Shown: positions 25,614 through 34,526, counted from the stretch's first letter. The stretch: 46,476 nucleotides of DNA from a virus (IMGVR_UViG_3300043690_000038:1-46476); one strand, 5' to 3'. Numbers and translations are program-made. The notes: generated by a model from the sequence alone, not told the origin.

Positions 25614-25910
25614 ATGGGGACGATAGCGTCGCGGTATGGGGTTATGGACGAGAGTCGGGACGGGAAGCTGAAGGCTGCGCCGGTTCGGGAGCGTGGGGGC
25701 GGCGGCGACAGTTTTGTTTACGAGCGTATTGCGGTGTTGGCGGATGAGGTTGAGGCGTTGCGGAAGCGGGTTGTGCTTTTGGAGGCGAGGGGTGAGAGCG
25801 CGAAGGTTGTGAAGAGGCTGGAGGCGGAGGCTGCGGGAGAGCCGTGGGTGGCGGCTGGAGTGTCGAAGGCGACCTGGTATCGGCGTCGTGCGAGGGCGGG
25901 TGAGGGTTGA
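25614..25910 (+). CDS. Small coiled-coil protein with C-terminal HTH (PW.A.GVSKATWYRR)
   Basis: 98 aa from ATG immediately after the array (alternative start 25545 would add poly-ET). Confidence 0.7.
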   Translation: MGTIASRYGVMDESRDGKLKAAPVRERGGGGDSFVYERIAVLADEVEALRKRVVLLEARGESAKVVKRLEAEAAGEPWVAAGVSKATWYRRRARAGEG

Positions 25911-25913
25911 GGC

Positions 25914-26102
25914 ATGCCGAAGATCTTGGACGAGGCGGTTCGGAAGATCCGGGCGAAGGGGCATTCGAAGAGCTCGGCCTTCGCGATTGCGACGGCTGCG
26001 CTGCAGCGGGCGGGGGATCTGAAGAAGGGGAGCAATCAAGCGACGGCGAAGGGCAAGCGGCGCGGGGCGATGACTGAGGCTCAGCGCAAGGCGACGCGAT
26101 GA
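25914..26102 (+). CDS. Small basic phage protein
   Basis: 62 aa MPKILD..V..I..KG.SKSSAFAIAT..LQR.G.LKKG. Confidence 0.75.
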   Translation: MPKILDEAVRKIRAKGHSKSSAFAIATAALQRAGDLKKGSNQATAKGKRRGAMTEAQRKATR

Positions 26103-26281
26103 GTCATATTCCGCATCGGCTTGAGAATGAGTGGCGTTACCGGATGTGGCGTCGGCATAATGTGCGGCAGCAGTCGGATTATTTTGCGGGGCGGGCGCCT
26201 TTTCCCTATCCGGTTCATGGGTTTGAGCGGGCGATGGCCGCGGCGAAGCGGAAGGCGGCGAGCGAGGCGACGCGGAAATGA
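26099..26281 (+). CDS. Hypothetical protein
   Basis: 60 aa, ATGA-coupled both sides. Confidence 0.55.
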   Translation: MSHIPHRLENEWRYRMWRRHNVRQQSDYFAGRAPFPYPVHGFERAMAAAKRKAASEATRK

Positions 26282-26478
26282 GCGGCACGGAGTTCCCTGG
26301 CCCTGGGGACGAGTGGCAGGCGCGGATCCAGGCGCTCAAGGCCGGCGACCGGCGGGCGTTGATCGAGGATGCGGCCAAGCGGCAGGGGATGGCGGCGCGG
26401 ATTGCGCAGCGGCGGCTGAGGGAGAGCCGGGCGCTCGAAGTGTTCAAGGGAAGGTTGCCGAGGGGGTGGGTGCGGTAA
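26278..26478 (+). CDS. Hypothetical protein
   Basis: 66 aa, abuts terminase start. Confidence 0.6.
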   Translation: MSGTEFPGPGDEWQARIQALKAGDRRALIEDAAKRQGMAARIAQRRLRESRALEVFKGRLPRGWVR

Positions 26479-27987
26479 ATGCCCGCGCTCGAGTTCACCG
26501 AGGATCGGCAGCAGGTCTATGAGCCGGACGGCCGGGTCCTGGCGGAGTTTGTCGCCGACCGGAGCGAGGTTGCGGTGATCGTCGGGCCGATCGGCTCGGG
26601 CACGAGCTCGGCGGCGTGCATGCGCATCTGGCAGCATGCCTGCGAGCAGCCGAAGAACCCGCGCGACGGGGTCAGGAGGTCGCGCTGGGCGGTGGTCCGG
26701 GTGACGTATCCGGAGCTCAGGACTTCGGCGCTCGAGACCTGGCTCTACTGGTTCCCGGAGGACAGGTATGGCCCGGCCAAGTATGGCCGGCCGATGGAGC
26801 ATCTGATCAGGATCGGCGACGTCGAGCTCGAGGTCTGGTTCCTGGCGCTCGACGGCGAGGACGACGTCAAGAAGCTGAAGTCGGTCGAGTACACCGGGAT
26901 CTTCTTCAACGAGATCGAGTACCAGAGCCACGCCATCTTCATCGAGGGGAAGTCGCGCACGGGACGATATCCGTCGCCGGCCGACGGCGGCTGCGCCTGG
27001 AGCGGCATCATCGCCGACATGAACGCGCCCGACGAGGATCACTTCATCTGCCGCATGGCGGGGTGGAGCGAGTGGCCCGACGACATGCCGCCCGAGAAGC
27101 GGCTCAAGTGGCCGAAGGAATGGTGGCTGAAGATGCAGCCGCCTGGCCTGATCGAGGTTTTTGCGCCCGACGGGGTGACGGTGGTCGACTATGTCGACAA
27201 TCCGGAGGCCGAGAACCTCAAGTGGCTCAAGCCCGGTTATTATAAAGAGAAGGCGCGCGGCGCCTTGAAGCAGTGGATCGACGCCCGGATCATGAACCGG
27301 GTGACCTTCGTCGCCCATGGCGAGCCGGTCTGGAAGGGGTTCAAGCCCGAGGTCCACCTGGCCGGACATGAGCTCAAATATATCCCCGATCGCGAGGTCG
27401 TTGTCGCCTGCGACTTCGGCCGGCGTCCGTGCGCCCTCATTGCCCAGGAGGTCGGCGACAAGATCCATGTCGAGGCCGAGTTCCGCATGTACGGCGTCGG
27501 GGCGACGGTGTTTGCGCCGGCGCTCAAGCGGTGGCTCGAGCGCAATTACCGCGGCGCGACGCTCAAGGTGACCGGCGATCCCAAGGGGGCCGACAAGGGC
27601 CAGGCGACCGAGCACTCGGCGCACGACATCATGCGCTCTTACGGCATGACGGTGATTAACCCGATGCCGGGCCGAGGCAACGACGTCAATTTGCGGCTCG
27701 AGGCGGTCGCTTACGCCTTTCTCACCAACCGGCTTTTGATCGGGACCGGCTGCCCGACGCTGCGCGCGGCGCTGATGGGCAAATACGTCATCGATAAGAG
27801 CGACAGCGACAGCCCGGAGCCGTTGAAGCGCGGCGAGGCGGCGAAATATTCCGACGTCGCCGACGCGCTGCAGTATTTGTGCCTGTTCCTCGGCGAGGGG
27901 CGGCGCATGGTCGGCCTGACCGCGGCGCAGTCCTGGACGCGGTCGAAGATCGCCCAGGCGCGGAGTTTGCGGCGGGTGAGCGCATGA
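26479..27987 (+). CDS. terL: Terminase large subunit
   Basis: P-loop GPIGSGTS, VR.TYPEL, Walker B-like GIFFNE, DMNAP coupling motif, nuclease DFGR.P, GDP.G, SDVADALQY. Confidence 0.95.
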   Translation: MPALEFTEDRQQVYEPDGRVLAEFVADRSEVAVIVGPIGSGTSSAACMRIWQHACEQPKNPRDGVRRSRWAVVRVTYPELRTSALETWLYWFPEDRYGPAKYGRPMEHLIRIGDVELEVWFLALDGEDDVKKLKSVEYTGIFFNEIEYQSHAIFIEGKSRTGRYPSPADGGCAWSGIIADMNAPDEDHFICRMAGWSEWPDDMPPEKRLKWPKEWWLKMQPPGLIEVFAPDGVTVVDYVDNPEAENLKWLKPGYYKEKARGALKQWIDARIMNRVTFVAHGEPVWKGFKPEVHLAGHELKYIPDREVVVACDFGRRPCALIAQEVGDKIHVEAEFRMYGVGATVFAPALKRWLERNYRGATLKVTGDPKGADKGQATEHSAHDIMRSYGMTVINPMPGRGNDVNLRLEAVAYAFLTNRLLIGTGCPTLRAALMGKYVIDKSDSDSPEPLKRGEAAKYSDVADALQYLCLFLGEGRRMVGLTAAQSWTRSKIAQARSLRRVSA

Positions 27988-28097
27988 CGGAGCGCGAGCT
28001 CGAATGCCTGACCCAGATCATGAAGGCGTTGACCGAGCTCCTGGCGCGCATCCGCCGGATCGAGCAGGCGCTCGCCATTGCGGAGGAGAAGAAATAG
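27984..28097 (+). CDS. 37-aa coiled-coil peptide
   Basis: ATGA overlap with terL; MTERELECLTQIMKALTELLARIRRIEQALAIAEEKK. Confidence 0.4.
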   Translation: MTERELECLTQIMKALTELLARIRRIEQALAIAEEKK

Positions 28098-28624
28098 CCG
28101 CCGAGGAGGTTCAGTTCTGGCACGTCGCGTTTCACGTGAAACAGGGCAAGTGGCGCTATGAGTGGGCGATGCCCGGCCGATTCGCCCACGTCTCCGCCTT
28201 CGCCTGGATGGGACGGGCGAAGGTCTGGCTGTTGATCGACTTCTCGCCGTTGACCGGGCCGCACGCGGTCGTCTGGCCGTTCCTTAAGGACGACAAGGCT
28301 ATCCCCTTGGGCCTGATGAACTGGATCGCCAACGCCAACATTTTGAAAGCGAAAGTGCGGCGAAAGCGCGACTGGACGCCGAAGTTCGGCTTCTACTGCG
28401 TCTCCCAGGTCAAAATGCTGTTGGGCTCGCCGTCTTGGGCGTTGAGCCCGGAAGGACTGTGGCGTGATCTCAGCCGCGAAGGATCAACGATCGTCTGGGA
28501 AGCTCATGGTCTCGATGAAAGCCCCCGACCCGAAGCCGGATCCCTATCTGGTGGCGCAGACGGAAATGGCGCAAGCCAAGCAGGAACAGGCGATCCAGGC
28601 GTCTCTCTCGCAGGACACCCTTAA
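28004..28624 (+). CDS. Head-region protein, possible permuted papain-like fold; start uncertain
   Basis: W.V.F...PG.F.HV.A...W...D followed by YCVS...LLG....LSP..LWR.L (His before Cys). Confidence 0.55.
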   Translation: MPDPDHEGVDRAPGAHPPDRAGARHCGGEEIAAEEVQFWHVAFHVKQGKWRYEWAMPGRFAHVSAFAWMGRAKVWLLIDFSPLTGPHAVVWPFLKDDKAIPLGLMNWIANANILKAKVRRKRDWTPKFGFYCVSQVKMLLGSPSWALSPEGLWRDLSREGSTIVWEAHGLDESPRPEAGSLSGGADGNGASQAGTGDPGVSLAGHP

Positions 28625-28727
28625 CCTCATCCGCAACTTCGGCCAGCAGAACGCCATGTCCGGCGCCGGCGTCACCATGCCGTTCGGCATGGCCGGCGTC
28701 CGCTCCGCCACCGGCGGGGTGAGGTGA
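28506..28727 (+). CDS. Small pre-portal virion protein
   Basis: 73 aa MKAPDPKPDP + Gln/Ala helix, as typical before podovirus portals; GGGCGTTG motif at 28437. Confidence 0.65.
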   Translation: MVSMKAPDPKPDPYLVAQTEMAQAKQEQAIQASLSQDTLNLIRNFGQQNAMSGAGVTMPFGMAGVRSATGGVR

Positions 28728-28728
28728 C

Positions 28729-29493
28729 ATGGCCGCCGGCGACCGGAGCGATCCGTCCCTAAGCTCGCTCTCGACCGTCTTCGGCGGCGTGCCGCCGTCG
28801 GTTGCGTCCGGCTTCGCCCACCCATGGGACCCGCAAGGGACGACCATTGGGCTCAGGTCCCCGGGCGGCGGCGGGACCTCGCCGCCGGTCATGGCCAAAG
28901 GCATACCCGCCGAGGGCCAGGCGCTGCTTCGAACGATCGGCGGCCCCGGCTTCGAGAGCAACGGCTCATACACCCAGCGCTTCAACCAGCCGGACTTCAC
29001 CGACTTTTCCAAGCACCCCGGCACCTACGGCAAGATCACCCGCGGCCCCAACGCCGGCCTGAACTCGAACGCCGCCGGCCGCTATCAGTTTCTGTCCACC
29101 ACCTTCAACCAGCAGAAGACCAAGCAGGGCTTGAAGGACTTCTCGCCGGAAAGCCAGGACCAGGCCGCCTGGGGCCTCGCCCAGGACGCCTACGCCCGTG
29201 AGATGCACGGGCGCTCGCTCTCCGCCGACCTCAAGAACCCCGACAACCTGCCGATGATCGCGCGGGCGCTAAAGAGTCAGTGGAGCTCGCTGCCGGGCGG
29301 CGCCGAGCAGGGTTCGAACATGGCGCAATTCGCTCAGGCCTTTCAGGCGAACCTCGCCGCCAGCCAGGCCCCGACCGGCGTCGCCCGCGCGCCGGCCGCC
29401 GCTCCGGTCCAGGAGGTCGGCTTTCCGCAAAACCCGTGGATGATCCGGGGCGCTATGCCGACCACCCAACTCGCGGGCGGCTTGGGGATCTGA
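28729..29493 (+). CDS. Lambda R-like lytic transglycosylase, probably virion-associated
   Basis: ALL.TI....ES...Y...F..F.DFS.HP...S.AAGRYQFL..T...L.DFSP.SQD.AA...W.SLPG. Confidence 0.9.
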   Translation: MAAGDRSDPSLSSLSTVFGGVPPSVASGFAHPWDPQGTTIGLRSPGGGGTSPPVMAKGIPAEGQALLRTIGGPGFESNGSYTQRFNQPDFTDFSKHPGTYGKITRGPNAGLNSNAAGRYQFLSTTFNQQKTKQGLKDFSPESQDQAAWGLAQDAYAREMHGRSLSADLKNPDNLPMIARALKSQWSSLPGGAEQGSNMAQFAQAFQANLAASQAPTGVARAPAAAPVQEVGFPQNPWMIRGAMPTTQLAGGLGI

Positions 29494-30083
29494 TGGCCGA
29501 TGCTCAACCCGCCTCTCCGGGCTTCTTCGGCTGGCTTGGCGGCCTGTTCGGCGGCGGCCAGCCGCAGCCGCAGCCGGACTATGCCGGCCCGAAGCCGACC
29601 GGAACCATCGATGATTATCTCACCGCCCGCCAGGCCGCCCGGTTCCAGCAAATGACCAATGAAGTTCAGGGCATGCTCAAGGCCAATCCGGTCAATCCGG
29701 CCGATCCGAGCCCTACCTCGGACTGGGCGGCGCTGAGACGGGGCCTGCGCCAGAAGGGCTACGACCAAAAGGAAGAAGACGCGATCATGAATAAGTTTGT
29801 CGAGCTGCAGGGCGGCCGCCAGGGCTGGATGAGTGGCGCCATGGCGACAGGTCGCGGCGAAGACGAACCTTTATATGGCTCCAATTATAAGAACATCCCC
29901 GACCCTGAGGCCCAGGCCATCGACCCCAGCGCCCGCAGCCCGGAAGAATCGGCGGCCGATCGCCTGTTCGGTCAGCGCATTTGGGGGATGACCGAGGCCC
30001 CGCCGCCGCTCTCGGCCCGGGACAAAGCCAAGGTCCGCGCCGCGATCAAGAAAGGGCAGCTTCCCGGAGGCCCGGACATCTGA
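29493..30083 (+). CDS. Hypothetical (virion?) protein, 196 aa
   Basis: TGATG-coupled both sides; N-terminal amphipathic GFFGWLGGLFGG. Confidence 0.7.
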   Translation: MADAQPASPGFFGWLGGLFGGGQPQPQPDYAGPKPTGTIDDYLTARQAARFQQMTNEVQGMLKANPVNPADPSPTSDWAALRRGLRQKGYDQKEEDAIMNKFVELQGGRQGWMSGAMATGRGEDEPLYGSNYKNIPDPEAQAIDPSARSPEESAADRLFGQRIWGMTEAPPPLSARDKAKVRAAIKKGQLPGGPDI

Positions 30084-31747
30084 TGGCCCAGGACGCCTTG
30101 AAGGACATCGAGCGCGAGTTCAACGACCGCCTGCACGAAGCGCGGCAGCAGAAGATGCCGTTCGACATCGACATGCGCGAAAGCTACTTCTTCGCCGCGC
30201 CGCATAGAATGCGCAGCGTCCTCTCGACCACCCGGCCCTCGAAGTGGAAGCCGGTCGACGCCGGCGAGCTCAACCAGAGCTTCGCCTTCGAATGCTGCGG
30301 CGATTTCCCGACCATCATCGCCAACACCTTCATGCCCGAGGCGCGCGAATGGGTGGTGCGCAAGGCCCCGGTCGGCACGCAGAAGGACGTCAAGGACCGC
30401 GCCGAGAATATCGCCAAGGAAGGCACGTCGCTGATCTTCGAAGCGGTCGAGGCCTCCAACTTCTATTCCGAGTTCGGCAAGAGCTCGAACCCCGACCTTG
30501 CCATCGGCACCATCGCCATGTGGATCGACCGCGGCCGCCCCGGCCTGCCGATCGTCTGCCGCACCGTGCCGATCCGCGAGCTTGAGATCAACCTCGACGC
30601 CGAGGGCGAGATCGACGACCGCTTCATCTCGCGCTGGATCCGCAGGCGCTATCTCGACCGCATCTTCCCCAACGTCGCCCTGCCGGCGAAAATTTCCCGC
30701 AAGAACCGCGACACGGAGGACGACCGGGTCAATGTCACCTGGGGCTTCTGGCGCTATTACGACAGCCAGGAGGAGGAGACCTGGCTGCACGCGACGACCG
30801 TCGAAGATGCGATCGTCGGCTCGCCGGTCCTGGTCCGCGGCATGGGCTCATGCCCGCTGATCGTCGGCCGCTTCAACCCCGGCCCCGAATGGGCGTGGGG
30901 CGTCGGGCCGATGATCCAGTGCCTGGCCGAGTTCCGCAACCTCGACGAGATCGCCCACGGCAAGATCAAGAACCTCGACCAGATCCTGCAGCCGTCGGTT
31001 AGCTGGCCGGACGACAGCTTCGCCAATGTCGAGCAGGGCTTGGAAAGCGGCTACGCCTATCCGATCAGACCGGGGACCGCCAATGACATCAAAAACATCT
31101 ACCAAGCCAATCCGCCCGACGCCGCGATCTACGATCGCCAGGATCTGGAGCAAAGGATCAAAAGGCTCTTCTTCCTTGACTGGCCGCAGCAGCGCGGCGA
31201 CACGCCGCCGACCGCCACCCAGTGGCTCGACGAAATGACCATGGCGCAGCGCCGCATCGGCACCCCTGGCCTGCCGTTCTGGCGCGAGTTCGTCGCCGGC
31301 GTATTCCAGCGCTTCGAATACCTGCTCGAGCGCGCCGGCGAGATCGCCCCGATCATTGTCCCCGATCAGCATGGGCTGGGCCGCAAGCTCACCATGCGTC
31401 CCTACAACCCGGCCGAGATCGCCGCCGACCAGCAGGACGTCGCGCAGGCGTCGCGCTTCCTCGGCATCGTCATGCCGACCTTCCCGGAAGAGAGTAAGCT
31501 CAAGATCGACGGCGGCCAGACGATCGAGAAGTTCCGCGCCAAGATGGGAGTCGAGGATCTCATCGTCATGCGCAGCCCGCAGGACATCCAGGCGGCGATG
31601 CAGCAGATCCAGCAACTGGCCGCCGGCCGTCCGGGCGCGCCGCCGGCCGGCGCCGGCCAGGAGCCGGCCGGACCGCCCGCGCCGTCGGCTGAAGCCGGGC
31701 CGGAGCCCAACCAGCCGGTCTACCAACTGCGGAGCACCCGGCTTTAA
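30083..31747 (+). CDS. Portal protein (T7 gp8-like head-tail connector)
   Basis: 554 aa; SNFY.E....DL..GT; P.IV.RF.....WG.GP; TAT.W..E; position between terL and scaffold. Confidence 0.92.
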   Translation: MAQDALKDIEREFNDRLHEARQQKMPFDIDMRESYFFAAPHRMRSVLSTTRPSKWKPVDAGELNQSFAFECCGDFPTIIANTFMPEAREWVVRKAPVGTQKDVKDRAENIAKEGTSLIFEAVEASNFYSEFGKSSNPDLAIGTIAMWIDRGRPGLPIVCRTVPIRELEINLDAEGEIDDRFISRWIRRRYLDRIFPNVALPAKISRKNRDTEDDRVNVTWGFWRYYDSQEEETWLHATTVEDAIVGSPVLVRGMGSCPLIVGRFNPGPEWAWGVGPMIQCLAEFRNLDEIAHGKIKNLDQILQPSVSWPDDSFANVEQGLESGYAYPIRPGTANDIKNIYQANPPDAAIYDRQDLEQRIKRLFFLDWPQQRGDTPPTATQWLDEMTMAQRRIGTPGLPFWREFVAGVFQRFEYLLERAGEIAPIIVPDQHGLGRKLTMRPYNPAEIAADQQDVAQASRFLGIVMPTFPEESKLKIDGGQTIEKFRAKMGVEDLIVMRSPQDIQAAMQQIQQLAAGRPGAPPAGAGQEPAGPPAPSAEAGPEPNQPVYQLRSTRL

Positions 31748-31751
31748 TTGC

Positions 31752-31787
31752 TTCTCATAAAAATTGCCGGCGCAATTTTTATGAGAA
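31752..31787. repeat. 16-bp perfect AT-rich inverted repeat (operator or terminator-like)
   Basis: TTCTCATAAAAATTGC-CGGC-GCAATTTTTATGAGAA directly after portal stop. Confidence 0.8.
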
Positions 31788-31816
31788 CGGAACGGACAGG
31801 GGACGGAGCATGAACC

Positions 31817-31975
31817 ATGGCCGTGTCAAGATGCGCCTTCTGCGAGGCGGCGCACGCCACCGCCGCCTGGTTGACAGGGTGGGTCCATGATCCTTTCCGA
31901 CGAGGACCGAAAAGGCCGCTGCCGTTCACGAAGGCCGAGCCGCTGAAGAAACCAGATGCAAAACAAACACGCTGA
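31817..31975 (+). CDS. Possible 52-aa ORF (MAVSRCAFCEAAH...)
   Basis: Fills gap before HNH gene, GGAG upstream. Confidence 0.35.
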   Translation: MAVSRCAFCEAAHATAAWLTGWVHDPFRRGPKRPLPFTKAEPLKKPDAKQTR

Positions 31976-32426
31976 CCTCGCCGCCTTCCTTGACCTCGCG
32001 CTTCGGTACACCGGACGGCGCTGTTTCATCTGGCCATATGGACGAAACACCGACGGCTACGGCATGGCAAATGTAGACAGGAAGCACGTCTCCGTTCACC
32101 GTATTGTCTGCGAAAAGACGCACGGACCCGCGCCAGCAGATAAACCAGAAGTCGCTCATTCCAGTGAATGCCGCGACAAGGCTTGCCTCAACCCGAACCA
32201 TCTACGCTGGGCATCAACGAAAGAGAACGCCGAAGACCGCAAGGCGTTCGGGCGCCACAACGCTGGCGAGCGCAACGGCATCGCAAAGCTGACTGACGAT
32301 CAGGCGCGCGCCATCCGCGTCGCCGCTAGTTCAAAGAAGCGGAGGAAGCTGGCTGAGGAATTCGGTATATCCGCAAGGACCGCTTACGCAATTAGCAAGG
32401 GGAAACGCTGGGCGCACATCCAATGA
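31956..32426 (+). CDS. Free-standing HNH homing endonuclease
   Basis: C..W......GYG...VHR.VC...HGP.P....VAH...C....C.NP.HLRW.T..EN..D; AKLT + C-terminal HTH. Confidence 0.9.
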   Translation: MQNKHADLAAFLDLALRYTGRRCFIWPYGRNTDGYGMANVDRKHVSVHRIVCEKTHGPAPADKPEVAHSSECRDKACLNPNHLRWASTKENAEDRKAFGRHNAGERNGIAKLTDDQARAIRVAASSKKRRKLAEEFGISARTAYAISKGKRWAHIQ

Positions 32427-32824
32427 TCATGCCCGACGAGGAAGAGACGCTTCTGCTACAGAACCTTGGCCGATTGCGCGAAGGCCAAGCGCTGCGCCAG
32501 AGGCTGAACAAGACCCTCTTGACCGTCCTTCCGGTGAATGTCCGACCTAGGGCGTTGGCTTTAGAACACGGCCGGCGTTTGCTCGCCGTCGAGATCCTGA
32601 AAGCGATCTCGACGCCCGAAGAGAGCGATGCCCGAGACGACCTCGCCAGCCACGTCCACCGACCCCGGGAGCCCGTCGCCATCGACGCCCGCTCCCGCCG
32701 CCGCGTCCCCGACGTCAGCCCCGACGACGCCGCCGCCAACGCCTACGAGCCAAGGCCTCGTCGCTCCCGCGCCGATCGCCGCCTCGCCATCCACACCTCC
32801 GCCCTCGGCCCCAACGAGGCCTGA
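32423..32824 (+). CDS. Small head-assembly protein between portal and scaffold (Bbp19-like position)
   Basis: EGQ.L...L...AL..EHGRR.LA..I motif; C-terminus overlaps scaffold gene. Confidence 0.6.
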   Translation: MIMPDEEETLLLQNLGRLREGQALRQRLNKTLLTVLPVNVRPRALALEHGRRLLAVEILKAISTPEESDARDDLASHVHRPREPVAIDARSRRRVPDVSPDDAAANAYEPRPRRSRADRRLAIHTSALGPNEA

Positions 32825-33527
32825 CGGCGTTCCCGAGTCCTACTGGGACAAGGACAAGAACGCGGTCAGGTTCAGCGACTGGGGCAAGAGCTACGAGGAG
32901 CTCCGCGCCTTCAAGGCGCAAGACGACGCGCGCCGCGCCGCCCTGCCCGCCCAGCCCGATCTCTATGACGGCAAGCCGCCTGACGGCTTTAAGTTCCCGG
33001 AGGGCATGCACTACGACCCCGATAACCCGATGCTCAAGAAGGCGCGCGAGCTCGCTCACAAACGGCAGTTGAGCCAGGAAGCCTTCACCGAAATCGCCGG
33101 CCTCTACTTTGAAGACGCCGCTGCTCGCTACAGCCAGTTCAAGGATTGGCAGAAAAAGGAAGACGCCGCCCTCGGTGAAAACCGCGAAGCCCGTAAGGAA
33201 GCGCTGGATAAGCAGATCCAGGCGATCGCCAGGGAAAGCTTCTCGACTAACAATTATCCCGGTCAGGACTTCAGCGAAGCCGACGCCGTTATCGCCCACT
33301 TCCGCGGCACGCCAATGTCCTCCCTCGTCTTCCGCTTATTCGAGAAGATGGGCGAAGCCCGCTCCCGCCAGGGCGTCATGCCGTACTCGAGCGCCGGCCG
33401 CGAAGCGCGCGAAGGCCGCTCCGACGGCCTGCCGGACAACTGGGACACGCTCGACTCGGTCTCTCAGCGCACCTGGCAACTGCAGAACCCGCAATGGCGC
33501 GCGGCCGAGACCGCCCGCCGGCATTGA
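32628..33527 (+). CDS. Capsid scaffolding protein
   Basis: Pro/Thr/Ala N-terminus, RPDGVPESYWD...KSY.EL, P...Y...P, helical; precedes capsid; GGGCGTTG motif at 32550. Confidence 0.85.
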   Translation: MPETTSPATSTDPGSPSPSTPAPAAASPTSAPTTPPPTPTSQGLVAPAPIAASPSTPPPSAPTRPDGVPESYWDKDKNAVRFSDWGKSYEELRAFKAQDDARRAALPAQPDLYDGKPPDGFKFPEGMHYDPDNPMLKKARELAHKRQLSQEAFTEIAGLYFEDAAARYSQFKDWQKKEDAALGENREARKEALDKQIQAIARESFSTNNYPGQDFSEADAVIAHFRGTPMSSLVFRLFEKMGEARSRQGVMPYSSAGREAREGRSDGLPDNWDTLDSVSQRTWQLQNPQWRAAETARRH

Positions 33528-33544
33528 CGAAAGGATAGAGACCC

Positions 33545-34510
33545 GTGGCCTCGCCCCTCCTTAACCCAGTCATGACGTATCCGGAGTTCATCAAGGGCAC
33601 GGATATGGACGCAAACGCGCGGCCGCTGATCGAGATGTTCGCGGCTTCGTCCGACGTCTACAAGGCGCTGCCGTTCCAGGGCTTGAGCGCGCCGCAATAC
33701 ACCGGCTTCCGCCAGACCGCGCTCTCCGGCAACATGGCGTTCCGCGGCATCAACGGGATCTCGACGTCGGGCGCCGGCGTCATCTCGCCGTTCCAGGAAG
33801 CCGCCTACATCGTCGATCACGACATCCCGATCGACCGCGCGCTGGTCGACCGCGGCGGCGAACGGCGCCGCGCCATCGAAGAGAAGAACGCCATGGCCGA
33901 GCTCGGCCAGTTGTGGCTGACCAAGTTCATCTATGGCAACAACAACACCAATCCGATCGAGTTCAACGGCCTGCAGCAGCGCTCAGCCAACTACGGGCGC
34001 ACCATCGACAATTCGAACGGCACATCCGGCGGCGCGCCGTTGTCGCTGTTGCAACTCGACATCGCGCTCAAGAACACCGCGAAAAAGGGCAAGCGCTACC
34101 TCTTGGTGCCGTTCGACCTGAAGCCCTACTTCATCCAGGCGGCGCGCACCCAGAGCCTGGCCGGCTACGTGGTTCAGACCTGGGACGAGGTCGGCGAAGA
34201 GAAACTTTCCTACGCCGGCGTCCCGATGCTGTTCGGCTGGGAAAAGGACCTGCACCCGCCGATGCTCACCTTCACCGAGACCGCGCCGGCCGGCGGGGCG
34301 GCGCAATGCGCCTCGATCTACATCTGCGACTTTGGCGAGGAAGGGATCTGCGGCATCCAGATCAACCCGATGGAGATCCGCGACTTCGGCCTCTTGCAGG
34401 ACGGCGTCACCTACAACACCCACATCCACTGGGACGTCGGGCTGGTCGACGCCGGCCTGTTCTGCTTCACCCGCCTCGCCGGCATCACCAAGGCGACCAT
34501 CGCCGCCTGA
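33545..34510 (+). CDS. Major capsid protein
   Basis: 321 aa; IEMFA..SD....LPF; AFRGIN; FIYG......EF.GLQ.R; SIY...FG; RLAGI near C-terminus. Confidence 0.9.
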   Translation: MASPLLNPVMTYPEFIKGTDMDANARPLIEMFAASSDVYKALPFQGLSAPQYTGFRQTALSGNMAFRGINGISTSGAGVISPFQEAAYIVDHDIPIDRALVDRGGERRRAIEEKNAMAELGQLWLTKFIYGNNNTNPIEFNGLQQRSANYGRTIDNSNGTSGGAPLSLLQLDIALKNTAKKGKRYLLVPFDLKPYFIQAARTQSLAGYVVQTWDEVGEEKLSYAGVPMLFGWEKDLHPPMLTFTETAPAGGAAQCASIYICDFGEEGICGIQINPMEIRDFGLLQDGVTYNTHIHWDVGLVDAGLFCFTRLAGITKATIAA

Positions 34511-34526
34511 TCAGGAGATAAGGGCA

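Noticed and set aside
25557-27624. Long minus-strand ORFs (313 aa and 469 aa)
   Set aside because: Shadows of + strand genes in GC-rich DNA; no motifs. The same applies to most long antisense ORFs in the track
31748-32426. Group I intron or intein around the HNH gene
   Set aside because: Portal ends with a normal stop and low-complexity tail; no split gene or intron core recognised
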